From assembly GCA_046563655.1 (NCBI GenBank), contig CM102289.1, forward strand, positions 3,968,001 through 4,032,000: a stretch of DNA of 64,000 nucleotides, written 5' to 3'. The translations under genes were made by a program, and so were the position numbers. Below the pieces are notes generated by a model, which saw only the letters and a list, made by a program, of their open reading frames with translations, did not search any database and was not told the origin of the DNA. Source of the DNA: Yuukianura sp. NJ FZ-2021. Lineage: Eukaryota. Position 1 is the first letter of the stretch; every line of letters starts with the position of its first letter. This document shows, piece after piece, positions 25,690 to 37,817 of the stretch.

Positions 25690-28600
25690 TTATTGCCCAG
25701 CAAACCGTACTACCATCTGAAAAGGGTTCAGAATCGTACAATTAAAAGACGTAAACAAACCAGTCCTTATATGAGTCAATAATTGCGCTTGTATACCTGA
25801 ATTGTACCCATGTTAGGCACGCCTGCAACATACTCATCCAAATTTGCGACAACTCTTTGGTTCACAGAGTATGGCAAACGGTCAAACGGATACCCCATAG
25901 GTTTAGCATCAGGATAAAGCTGATTTGCTACGCCACAGAACAGTGGAGCAGCAATGCACGACTGTCGCGTGTTTCCACCAGGAACGAAGTCGTCGTTGCT
26001 ATTGGTTACCATCACGAACAAATCAAACACCATTCCTGCCGGCGTTCCTTTTGGCAACAGCATATTCCGCGGCCATCCACAACCACAATAAGGAGTACGC
26101 ATACTCGCGTCACCATTAAGCTCTTGCAAAGATTGGGCCCAAGGAACCGTTAGCGTAGAGTCCACTGATCTCCGTTGTAAGTTGTTTACTCCCGGGCGTA
26201 CTGTTAAGAAACAAAACAATCAAATCGGTTATAAGAACTTAAAATATGTTATACTTGTTTTTACGTTGAACGCCGTAAGTGTCCAAAACGAAAAAGAAGC
26301 GACGCTGATGTATCATGCTGAAGCGGTTTCCATTTTCATCAAATCGTGGTGCCAGGAATATTCTAACTGTCCCTTGCACATTAGCTTGGTTATCGTTGTT
26401 CTTCAAACAGTGAAACAGTTCAACAATGTTACAATCTTTCTTAATTTGGTATCTAAAAAGCTTCAAGAAAACTTACAACAGTCAGTTGATACGTAAACTC
26501 CTCATGGTCCAATTGCTTTGCACAAATTTGAATTGGACTTGTATTGGGCATAGACTGTAAGTCGAGTCCACGGCTGATTGTAATGGATTGCTGACTCCAA
26601 AATGTTGTAACTTGATTGGTCGTGCCAGATTGAGCTGGAACTACAGCCAAGCCTGTGACTCGTACTCCCGGCCACATTAGAGGTAGCTCACCCTGAAAAT
26701 ATTAGAAACTTAAGTTGACACCATGTTACGGAAGTGTAAGCAAACAATTTCAACGAACTCGGATCTAATGTTGACACATACCCCGTTTGGAGTGTATGGT
26801 GTTAGCCTATCTTTATGAGCTAGAAACATTTCCTGGACCACTTGATGCCAACGGTAAAACAGTGGATCACGTATCGCTGGAGCAGCGTCGCCCATGACTC
26901 CTGGAGCCGTCTACAAAGAAAATAACATATTGCGATATATTGCGTATAATACGTACGTTTTAATGTAAACAATTATACACAAGCCGCCAAATCTAAACAG
27001 CAGCTTGTCATACCCTTGAACGATACTGCGGATCTGCTATAAATCCAAAGATGAGATGACCATTATTGTGTATGCCAGTGGCCGAAGTGGAGCCGTAGTA
27101 TGAAGGATTTATACTCCATTGGTTTGATTGTATAATGTTGCCGAGGATGTTAATACCCTGGAGATTGTTTATCGAAATTCGTTGGTTCCGTGTCTAAACA
27201 GGTTAAGTTCATGAAACTCATTAGACAGACGGCTAGCTTTACATTGGCGGACGTGTGCAAGTAAAATCAAATTACGTTAATCACAAATCCGTCATTGATA
27301 GACTGAAGTACTCTAGCCCTTGCTTGCAGTATGTGCGTGTCAAACAAAACATTTGTTTGGAGGTTGGGGTCGTTTTGATGAAGAATATCCTGCATTACAT
27401 TAGTTTTAGTAAAGTTCAAGGCACATTTACTGCAGGTTGTTTTTTGAAAGTGGAACCTACGGAAACTGGTAGATTAGCAGGACGTGGAGTCCAATCCATC
27501 CCAGAATTATCATCTCGCAAGTGTGGATTGTAACCTTCCACAGTGGTACCCCGTTGAAGTGGAGCAATCGGTTGGACTCGGCTTAATCCATTTGAAAAGC
27601 GGTCGGCATTGTACCTTCGAGATAAAGTAGTAACATAGGAATATGGGATTTTAATATCTATCAATCCAAGAATTTGCCTTAGTTTAGTTCTCGTACCGGG
27701 CAACAATAGCACTGTGTAGGTAGTAGAAGAGTTCGCCATGTCTGTCTTCCTGTTGTCGGGCACCAAACGGGTACATGGTATGATAGTACCAATGATGCGA
27801 GTTGATACCGATGCTTTCGCGAAAGTACCACATTGCATTTTCTATTCCATTGTCCGCACCTACAGTCTCATCCGCAACTACGCAAGTCTAGCAGAAATGT
27901 TTACAAATCAGTAACTCTGTTTTTAAAAAATCTCAATTAAGGTCGAGTGCTGGTCACCTGTTGGTTCTGGCGCTTGCCGCGTCTTCGTTGTTGTCTTGCA
28001 AGTCTAAGAGTTTCCGAATAAATAAACAAGTCAGGAAGAGCATCAATTGGAGGTACTCGGTGAATAACTTGTAAGTCTGGGTTCTTCTGGGCAAGGTTGG
28101 CCAGAGCGTAGTACCAAAGATGAGGGTGAACGTTTTGATTCTTTTGTAATGATTTGGCAATGTCAAGCATTTCAACAGTGGAATTTCCGCCTATGAGCAG
28201 GAAAGTGGATGATCATTGATCAAATAAAACGTTAACTAATATTACTTCAGTTTAAATAAAATTAACGCTATTTCAGTCATCTTACTGAGCAAAATTTGTC
28301 TGACTTCATGCAAAGCCTCTCCATGAACAGGAGAGAATGAATAAAACATCCCAGCCTTTGGAACGCGCTGTGCAAGATTACTCATGTCCGGAAGCGGATA
28401 GAGTGTCGCCGGATCTGGACGAGGTGATGGAGACCCTGCTTTCGGAAATAGATCGTGATATTTGTTGCGAATGAAGTCCATTATGTCCTGAGGCGATGGA
28501 ACCCCCGGGGGTACACCTCCACTCGCTGGCTGACTTGGGGTTGAACCCCCGGGGTTTTCTTGACCCCCACTCAGTGCTGGTCCCTGCTGTGGTTGATTTC

Positions 28601-28850
28601 TGGCTTGTTCCAGCTGGCCTTGCGAGCCTACTTGTGGACTTGGCGGGAACGCATTATCAGTGGGAAATTGGGTATCCATTGGCATTGGACCAAACTCAGG
28701 CATTTGAATATTAAACGGGTCACCAGCAGCAGGTTGTTCCATTCCGTAAGGCTGCGGTCCATACTGGGCATCAACGTTTCCTGAAAACGAAATTCCCAAT
28801 AAAATGGTTATCCAGAATATTAGAGTTGATGATGATGGCGAGTTAGCCAT
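25690..28850 (-). CDS. Prophenoloxidase/hemocyanin-family type-3 copper protein with signal peptide and P/Q/G-rich N-extension
   Basis: CuA: WYFRESIGINSHHWYYHTMYP...DRHGELFYYLHSAIVARY. CuB: GIHNNGH...PGVMGDAAPAIRDPLFYRWH. Also CGCGWPRNMLLPKG and YPDAKPMGYPFDR. The last exon is MVVRFAGQ* (TAA 25690-25692). Confidence 0.92.
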
Positions 28851-29418
28851 TTTTAAATTTGGGGGTTCTCCAAGCAGTTAGTGATGGAGAAAAATGGTGC
28901 TTGAACTCAATATCAATCAGGATAGCTTATGCCAAATGGATTTTGAAAGCTAGATGTCCTGAATTTTACTTTCATCGTTTATTAATGCCGACTCCATTGT
29001 TGCCTTTGCCCTTGAATTAGAATCATAGAAGTGTTCTAAACTTGCGTCAGACAGCTTGTTCGATTTTATTCGAAAGTATGTCAGATTGGCTTGTGCTTTC
29101 AAAGCGTCCATTTTGAAGCCTTGTTAATATTTGAACTTTTATAATCTTCATTGAATGTTGTCTAAATGGAAAGCTAATGCTACTTTAAAATGTCTAAAAA
29201 GTTGGTGAAATGCTGTTTAGTAAGATTTTGAATGAGGCCATTTTCAGTTTTGAGTTCGGAACAAGCAGAATTAAAAACCCAAAATGTGAAATCTAATCGT
29301 AGATAATGGAAGACCGCGATAAAAGCAATTACAGTTCTAATCATGACCAGGGTTATAGTAATTTTTTTTCAAAAAATATACAGTAGCCTTGTGTTTTCGG
29401 ATTTTCTTGATTTAAAAA

Positions 29419-30360
29419 ATGGGACGGGTAATATTTGTTGCGATTTTATTTTTGGCTGATTTAGCTCTGGCACAAGATTGCCCACCGTCAGAAATTTTAG
29501 CACCATGCACTTGCAACGAACAGAAGAAAGTGATCACTTGTCAGTGGATCAACGAAGAATGGGATATCAAAGTAACATTCGACGCTGCTTCAGAAGCCAT
29601 TGACTCTGACGTTATTTTCAACAAATTAGAATTATTCGATACAAATTTAGAAAGCATTGGACAGGACGCCATTTCAAGCCTCAAGTTTCGTCGAATTGAA
29701 ATCAAAGGAAATCCACAATTGACGTTCATTTCTCCACAAGCCTTCAACGCCACCTACGCTCACACCACAACCCTAAGTCTCTGGAACAATCGACTAACCA
29801 ATCAGAACAACGAATACGACATTTTCCAATTCATCAGCAAATTCACACAGGCTACAAGCATCGACCTTACTCTAAACGAGCTTACACAAGTTCCAGAAAA
29901 CGCATTTGAATTCCTTCCCGCACTGACTGAATTGCTCATTCCACGCAACGCCATTACTCAGGTCAAGTCTTTTGCGTTTTCTGGACTCACGAATTTGACA
30001 TCCCTCTCGCTTACTGCAAATCAAATTAGCCCAATTGGTGTAAGAGCTGACTCTTTCCTAGGAATGAGTCCAAATGCAGTTGTTTCCTTGGCGTCTAACC
30101 CAATTGAATTTTTAGAAGAGGGAATTTTCAAACCATTAGTTGATGGTGTCACTTTGACTACAGTTGGAACCACTTCTTGTGACTTGGATGACTACTGTAA
30201 CTACAAACATCTTATCTGTGACGCCAGAGCAGAGTGGATTTGCAGCAACGTTGATTACTATGAACAGAAGCTGGCTGGATTCATGTGCAGTGATGAACAA
30301 AGTGTGTTTGACTATTGCAGAGAACAAACTGGCCAATTGAAAAACAATATTAAACTATAA
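29419..30360 (+). CDS. Secreted leucine-rich-repeat protein (single exon, 313 aa)
   Basis: Signal peptide, N-cap CPPSEILAPCTC, repeated LxLxxNxL units (LSLWNNRL, IDLTLNEL, LSLTANQI) and a Cys-rich C-cap. Resembles arthropod LRR proteins often labelled Oplophorus luciferase non-catalytic subunit-like. Confidence 0.88.
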   Translation: MGRVIFVAILFLADLALAQDCPPSEILAPCTCNEQKKVITCQWINEEWDIKVTFDAASEAIDSDVIFNKLELFDTNLESIGQDAISSLKFRRIEIKGNPQLTFISPQAFNATYAHTTTLSLWNNRLTNQNNEYDIFQFISKFTQATSIDLTLNELTQVPENAFEFLPALTELLIPRNAITQVKSFAFSGLTNLTSLSLTANQISPIGVRADSFLGMSPNAVVSLASNPIEFLEEGIFKPLVDGVTLTTVGTTSCDLDDYCNYKHLICDARAEWICSNVDYYEQKLAGFMCSDEQSVFDYCREQTGQLKNNIKL

Positions 30361-30573
30361 CTACTAAATCTATTTTAATCCAGCAATTAACTCCAAATCA
30401 GTTACAAACTTTTCAATGTGTTGTAAATGCGGCGTTTTAAAACCAAGAATAGCAGTAAAATTGGAGTAATAAAATCAATATTGGACCGTGGCAAATTTTT
30501 AAGGTTTATTAAAATGATGATTGATTTTCTTTAGCCTAGTGTTCTACTTTCCATTTTCTGATTACAAGTTTGA

Positions 30574-31391
30574 TCACTTTTCATCAAATGCTTTTCCTTG
30601 TGATTTTACAATGACTCTCCAAGCTGTGGCTCCGCCAACAACAAAAACACCGATGAGAACAAGAATCCAACTGAAAAAGTTCCAGTGGTTGACGGTAGAT
30701 TGGGACAGAATTGCTTTGTAGTATTGGATTTGGTCAATCTCCGCCGTCTATGAAAAATAACACCCTTATTAGTATAGTTTAGCTTTGTTTTTAAAGATTC
30801 ACTCAAATTAGTGGAAAGAATTTGTTAAGATTAATTATTCTAGTTAGAATTAATATTTCAATTGACAAATAACCTCCTGGATATGTATAAATTCTGCCAA
30901 CTTGAGAGGTTCCTCCCCTTCTTCTGGCTCGGCCTCCTCCCACTTGCTCATTTCCAATTCTACTGCCAATTCACCACCACCAACAGTCCCATTCTTAACA
31001 TTTATTTTAAAAAATCCATAAATTTATTCAAAAGTGTCAAGAATCCTAACTTTTTATTGAATTCTTGTCTTACCGATGCCCCCACATGAGCAACTTCAGT
31101 GATTTTCGCTTTAATTGAGATTGCCAACGGAATGCTGATCCAAGCCATCAGTTCCTCATTTACTGGCAACAGTTTCAGACCCTGAAATCAAAATGCCAAA
31201 AACGACGCATTTTTTTCAAATTTGTAATAAATAGGTAAAGTATATAATAAACTTACAATCGGTAGTCCAATGCGCAGTACTAAACCGAATCCACCAAGCG
31301 TCATGAAGACAGTCATAAGAAGAACAAATGAAGAAATTATGATTATTGTTAGCGAAGCGCAGTGCCGTCCCTTCTTCATTTTTCCAGTCAT
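30574..31391 (-). CDS. Two-TM membrane protein, mini CD36/SR-B-like, paralog A (~178 aa)
   Basis: Exons 31391-31257, 31181-31074, 30993-30874 and 30747-30574, with all introns phase 0 GT-AG. TM1, LKLLPVNEELMAWISIPLAISIK, IHIQE|TAEID, TM2 WNFFSWILVLIGVFVVGGATAW. The gene model is well supported; the family call is inference. Confidence 0.7.
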
Positions 31392-32477
31392 GAGGCGGAA
31401 TGATTTGAAAAGTTTCTAGACAACGACGTCTCAAAATGTTCTGCTTTTTCCTCCACCCTCTCAAGAAATCAACTGACTTCTTGCGAATTTTGAAAAGTTT
31501 TAACTACCACAGCGTGTTGGCGTCTTTTTCAAGGTTTTTGAATATTTGATTGCAAAATGGTCAAACAAAAGGCGTAATTAAGTCTTTTCCAGAACTGTAA
31601 TTTCCAATAGGAAATCAATCTTTTACTCCTCGTTGAATACAGAATGGAATTCTTAATCAAGCCAACCTTCGACTTCCGATTTGACCATTTTTCACCAAAA
31701 CCAAATGTTTGAAGTTCTAATTTGAATTTCGAATTGTGTTTTTCTTCAATATTTCGATCTATGGCGTTCCCCGGAAATTTTAAAACGTTGCAGCCAGTAG
31801 GAGCGGCAAAGCATAAGCAGTAAACCAGATAGGAAGTTACCAGGCAAATGTGCCAATGTTCCGCCCTAACTGGTTCCTCTCACTCTATCTTTCTTATGCC
31901 GAACTTTTGCACAGAGACAATATCAATCGATTCAACTTTATGTCGAATGGAAACTATTAAGTTTTTATGTAATTCTGTCTACATAGAAAAAATGGAGAAG
32001 ATAAGTTTTATTTTTCATCAAAAAGTGAAGAACCATGTCATATTTTATAAGAATCAATGAATCTATATCGGATTTTTGACTTTATTATTCAAAATGCGAA
32101 GGTCAGCGCACTTCCAAGAATCGAGTCCAGCGGCTTTAATCTGTATTGATTCGTGGAAATGGTGACTTTGTTTCGTAAATGGTTAATTGCAACCTTCTCA
32201 CCACACCAATACTGCCTTCTCGAAACCAATTTTCAAATTTAGAGCACCTAAATTCTAGCTGCTTCTAACTGTCAAGGTCTTCCGCTTGTTCCAGGGAAAT
32301 CGAAATGAAAAATACCAATAATTGCTTTTGTTTTTCTGCTAACTTTGACGTGGACAAAATGACGACGGCGTAAATAAGACTTGCATTTGCTTTTCAGCAA
32401 AAGACAAACGAAGCAACAGTCTCGGAATCCAAGTTGGCGTATAACTGTCGCCTTCTCAGTCACTTTTAAGAGTCAGC

Positions 32478-33395
32478 ATGGGAGCAACGACGATTCCCAC
32501 GGTAGTACTATGTGTCGGTGTAGTTTTCATACTGCTTGTAGCACTCATTGGATTTGGCGGAAAGGACAAATTTGTGCCCCTCGATGTGCCATTTGTAAGA
32601 TCAGATTTAATTACTTTTGAATTTCCGATTACTTGCGATTTCCGTTTTTTTAACATTAAAGTTTTACTAGCGAGAGTTTTTGGCAAAATTAGCACAATTT
32701 TTGTTTCCTTTGTTATCTTAAAGGTAGAAAACTCGTTTCAGTTTCGTATTTTTTGACAAATTTTCAAATTTTTAAGGGGATGCAATTCAATCCTTCCGGA
32801 GGCCCTGAACTGCACGTCTGGGCCAACACACCTCTTCCAGCATACATTCATGTTGTGTTGTCCAACGTAACAAAAAAGGAAGAAGATGGTTCTGTTACTT
32901 CCGGAATTGACATCTTCGAACTTTTTCCAGTAAAGTTGAATTTTGTACATTAAAAAAGTCAAATATTAAATAGTTTTAATAATATAAACTCTCAGACGGG
33001 TGAAGGATCAAATTTTGGAGGGGCGAATGCAAAGTTCTCAATGCGCTTGATCTCAGCTTCCGAAGTGCCAGAATTGAATAAAACAATGGACATGGTGCCA
33101 ATGGTTTGGCGGAGAGAGGTAAATTCTGGCATCACGCGAAAGAGATAAATTACAAGAAAATCGAACTGAATTTGATATTTTATTCTATTGATTTTTCAAA
33201 TTTTAGCCGACGGTGGGCGGATTCGAGCAGTTCATCTACATTGCAGCCTCATTTTCGCTGAATAACTGGGCCTTCCTCAGTTGGTCGATTATTCTGAGTG
33301 CCCTTTTAGCATTGGGTCTCGGCGTGTTTTTGTTCATGCGCGAACGGAATGCGGAAAATGATGTCATGCCGGTAGAAGCAGCAGCAGACGAGTAA
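32478..33395 (+). CDS. Two-TM membrane protein, mini CD36/SR-B-like, paralog B (~193 aa)
   Basis: Exons 32478-32594, 32777-32929, 32996-33118 and 33207-33395, all phase 0. TM1, WANTPLPAYIHVVLSNVT, IDIFELFP|TG, ANAKFSMRL, MVPMVWRRE|, TM2 WAFLSWSIILSALLALGLGVFLFM. Confidence 0.75.
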
Positions 33396-33866
33396 AGTAG
33401 TCAAGTTAAAGTTACACTGTAGGTTACCGCTAAGATTTGAGTGCTGCTGGTTCCCGTTTGCTATGAACAAAAGGCTCAAAACAGTTTGTCAAAACAGTTT
33501 TCCAGGCTTATGTCCGCCAATCATAGCTAATTTCAATTGAAATGCTGAAATACATATGCTATTAAATTCGTTTTCGTGCTTATCTACACAATTCTTCTAC
33601 ATATTCCTTCGTCAAGAAATTCAATTTAATAACATGATTTAGGCGTCAGTTTTTTTGAGAAATTCAAAGACATGGGCGATGATATCAAAACAATCACTTA
33701 ACGTAATCACTAAAATCCACTCATTGACTCTTATATCACCGTTTCGAAAGTTAGTTTTTGTATGCATGTATAATAGTCTTTACGTGAAATCAAATAAGTT
33801 TAGTTACAATATTTTTTTTATAAATGCAATGGTAAATTCCGTGTAGTTGAACAATATTCATGAGAA

Positions 33867-36659
33867 CTACGTCGCCCTGTGTTGTCTTAACTCAATTGAA
33901 TTTGATCTGCGTATTCTTCTACGAGTACATTTAGTTGAAATCCATGTTCCAACTTCTGTTAGTAGAAGTTTCAATTCTTTGCGAAATTTGTGTCCGAGAC
34001 AGGCGTAGAGGATGAAATTGAGAGCAGAATTGATGAGTATGGGGAGACAGACAATTGTTGCTGCAACTTCAGGCTCTACTCCCTTCAGAATCAAGTTGAG
34101 TTCTAATGCAGCAGCCACAGAGTTGCACAGGATGAATACGAACACAACAATCAGCAACATTCTGGTCAACGAAGTGTCATGTGCAGAACTATGTGTGGTT
34201 GCAGTGAGTTGTCGCTCTTTTGCTGCTTTTGTTACCTTATAAACATAACATGAGCAATACATTTTATAACTTTAGCTTTGTGTTTTTATAACATTTGTTT
34301 TCAAGTTACCGCTCGAATGATGAGTATGTTGAGTGTGACAATGGTAACAAATGGAATCAAGTAGATACATAGATACCAGAGCAGTTGCTGGTAAATGATT
34401 TGGTAGAGTGGAAATCTGTGCAACTGGCGCGGGAAGCTTCTGCTCCACTCAGGAGATGATGCTTCGTAGCTCAATTTGACAAATTCAAACCAACGCGGTA
34501 GATTTAAAATTGTTGCAAATCCAAATACTAGCAGTGTGTAACGTCGTGCTTTGCGAATTGTAAACATTGATGATACCCGCAGTGGCTTTGAAACTGCAAC
34601 ATATCGCTCCGACGTAACAAAAATCGTCATGTATACCGCCGATGTATATACTGGACATTGCATATATGATGAATATATTAATTTCAAATGTGTAAACTAC
34701 ATAACTTTTTTTTTTGTGGATTTTAATGCTTACTTGTTCTGTTGATTGGGTAGGCCACGTATCCGTTCAACTTTGACCGCAGGAACTTTTCTTGAAACAA
34801 ATTACCGAATTCCTCCGATGTTACAAACGATGTAATCAAGTATATGGAATCGGAGCATGTGAGTCCCAAGAGAAGTATACTTGTTGAGCTACGCATTCCC
34901 TTGCGCATGAGCACAGCGATGCTCAAGCAGTTGCAAATTAGTCCAAATATACAGATGCAGTAAACAAATGTCATGTAGGTGTTGTAAATTTGTGACAACA
35001 GCCTTGATGTTATTTCCTCTTCCGAGAATCCATGTAATTTCAAATAGCGTGTAATCCGGTACTCTTTTCTGAGCAAGCGCCAGTAATTATCGTCGAAGCG
35101 ATCAAACAAGTATCCGTGCATCCCGTTTAAAGTAAACCGTAGTGTCTGTTCACGTGTAAAATTGTTGGAAGGAAATGTTGCGTTTAAAATTGTTTTTATG
35201 ACTTTTTTAAATTGACCTTTGACCTTGTCTCCAGGCTCAAAAACAGGCATTTTGATGATGATCTCTTGAGGTCGGTGTTTTACAAATTTTAAAAGCAACG
35301 TTTCAGATAAAACATCCTCCATATTCATCGTAACTTCCTCTACATTTGGAAAAATACTGCTTATATTGTCTAAAATTGTGTTGTCAATTGTACACCTCAT
35401 GAGTGTCAAATTTTTTAAGTTTGACAACACTGGCACTGGTAATATTTTAGCTGTAACGTCAACAAATTGCAAATTTAAGCGTCTTACTGAGCTCATTCCC
35501 AGTAACCCCAGGTCAACTACAGGACACTCTTCATCCAAATACTGACAGTTGATGGCCAAATGTGCCAATTCGTTGCTTTTCAAAATATCATTGAGCGTAG
35601 TATTCCACAAGTATGAATTGAATAGGTGAAGAAATACAATGTTTTTGGATAAACTGAAAATGTCGAGGCCAATGTCACCAAAAGTCAACCTAAAACTCAG
35701 TAGTTTGTGGAAATGTCGCAAGTGCGGAGGAGCCGAATTGTAGCGGAAACTCAACCATTCTGTATCAATTCTGACGAGTGATTTAGCGGGAAGAAATGAG
35801 ACGTCAATTGCTTCCGGAACTTTGCTAGAAATCGTAAGATATTTAAGGACAACGGCTGATTTTATGAGTTGTGATATAGTACCTCCAATGAGGTCATTGC
35901 CTGTCAAGTACAAAGCTTCGACCGAGGTCAAGTCCAATGACTTCACATCAATTGTGCAATACTCTGCGGAGAATTTTTTGAACTTTGGGATCATGCTGTA
36001 CAACAGAGTCCAAACGGCCATATCTTTAATGTTCTTTATGCCCAACATTGAATTGCTAAATTTCATATATCCATGTTCTTGAGTAGAGAACTGAATTTCA
36101 AAATTCAAATTCTCGAGTACTGCGATTATTCCTGTGCTTACATTTGTATAAAAGAAGATCACTGAATCCAACGTTTCGCAGACTTTCCCAACATAGGGTG
36201 AACCGTCAATTTGCTTGAACTTAAAATTTTTTAAATTGGAGAGGTAAATGTTTTCGAAATTCGTTTCAGTTTTCCACTCCCACTCTACTTCTGTCAACTT
36301 CAAACTTGTCAAGTTGGTACAATTGGCTAAAAAATTTGCAAGCGTGGATCTTCTTACACGCACAAATTTCAAAACCACTTCTGTTATTCCACAATGGCCA
36401 TCTACTTGTAACATTTTTTCAACTGCTTCGAAATCCTCCAGAAAAGTTTCGTTTCCTTCCAATATTAGTCCATTTTCCTTCAAAAAGTATGTAGTAATCA
36501 TTATATACAATTATTGCGTTTATACATAATTAAACGTTCTACATTAATTTGTATTAATATTTTAAGATCCTGCTGATTGGGGTTACTTACAGTGACATTC
36601 CACTCGGCCTTCGCCTCTGAAACAACCAAAAATACTAATAAACTTAGGAAGAAGTTCAT
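33867..36659 (-). CDS. Class A GPCR (FMRFamide/peptide-receptor-like 7TM) with signal peptide and large LRR/RNI-like ectodomain
   Basis: Exon 1 MNFFLSLLVFLVVSEAKAEWNVT|GTAAGT (36659-36591). A long exon has LxxLxL-type repeats running without a break into TM1 (FGLICNCLSIAVL, MRSSTSILLLGLTCSD). Also SERYVAVSKPL, LNLPRWFE, IPFVTIVTLNILII and INSALNFILYACLGHKFRKEL. Confidence 0.85.
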
Positions 36660-37817
36660 AATGCAGAAATTTTAAAAACGGAAAGAAGCTTATTTGAAAA
36701 CTTGTGTGTTCTGTAAGCTAAACAGGAAAGTAATGTCTTTTTACCCGAACTTGAAAAATGAAAATATCGGTTTTGTTTAATTGCGGTTTTGAGTTGCCAA
36801 ACGAAGCTAACAAAGCGTCAATTTTGTTACAAAAATTGACTAATTAACTCTGCATGCTGGATCATAATTGAATTGTGAAAAATTAGTTGTTTAAATCATT
36901 AGCAAACTTTCCGCCATCGATTTTTCAGATAAAAAGAACCACACGCCTAACAGTTCTTTCCTCGTTGTTTGTAGCCATCGTTCTAAAGAAATGGGAGTAA
37001 TATATTCACAAAAAAACTGAAAAAATCATCAGTTTTTTTAAACTATTGTATTTTTCAAAATTTTAATTTTTTGTTCTCCTAATGGGTGCGAATACGACAC
37101 GTGAAACAACTAAAACCACCAATTAAAACAACCTTTTTAATTAGCATTCTCTTTTCATGGATTTCCATTAATTCTGGCCGATCTGCAACAAATGGCGTAT
37201 CTGACGCTACTAACGGATTTGAGAAATTGAAAATACGAAGGCCTTCAAAATTTCATTTATTGCAGAAACGTCAACTAATTTGTCGAACGATTACCATAAT
37301 TCGAATGTCATTTTTTAAAATAAGATCACCGATAGTTTCATCCCTTTAATGTAGGATTGGAAGCTCAAAGTAAAAAGAAATGCGACTGAGCCGCGCGTGT
37401 TCCAAATACTCAACCTTCTAAAGATGTTATCATAAGAACTACGTAAAAAAAATTTGAAAAAGAGATCGCGCGCCAAAAAAAAATCTCCACCACTAACAGG
37501 AAGTTTCGCGTGCGATATCTGTTTCAATTTTTTTTAACCGTCATTCGACGATACGTTATTGTTGAAGTTGAAAAAAAAAACACTGTTTAATCCGTGTAAC
37601 TTTATTTGCTTCAAAAGTTCAAGTCTAAATTCACAAAAGTTTAGGAACAAGATTTATAATTTGATTTTTGTAAAAACTATTACATTTGTATAATTTGAAG
37701 ATTTTACATACGTATAAAACTCAATATATACCAAATGGTGGTGAAATTTACAAGAATTGATTTGATTTGTCAGTCATCTGATTTAAAAAACTCTGGACGA
37801 TTGAACACATATGCCTA

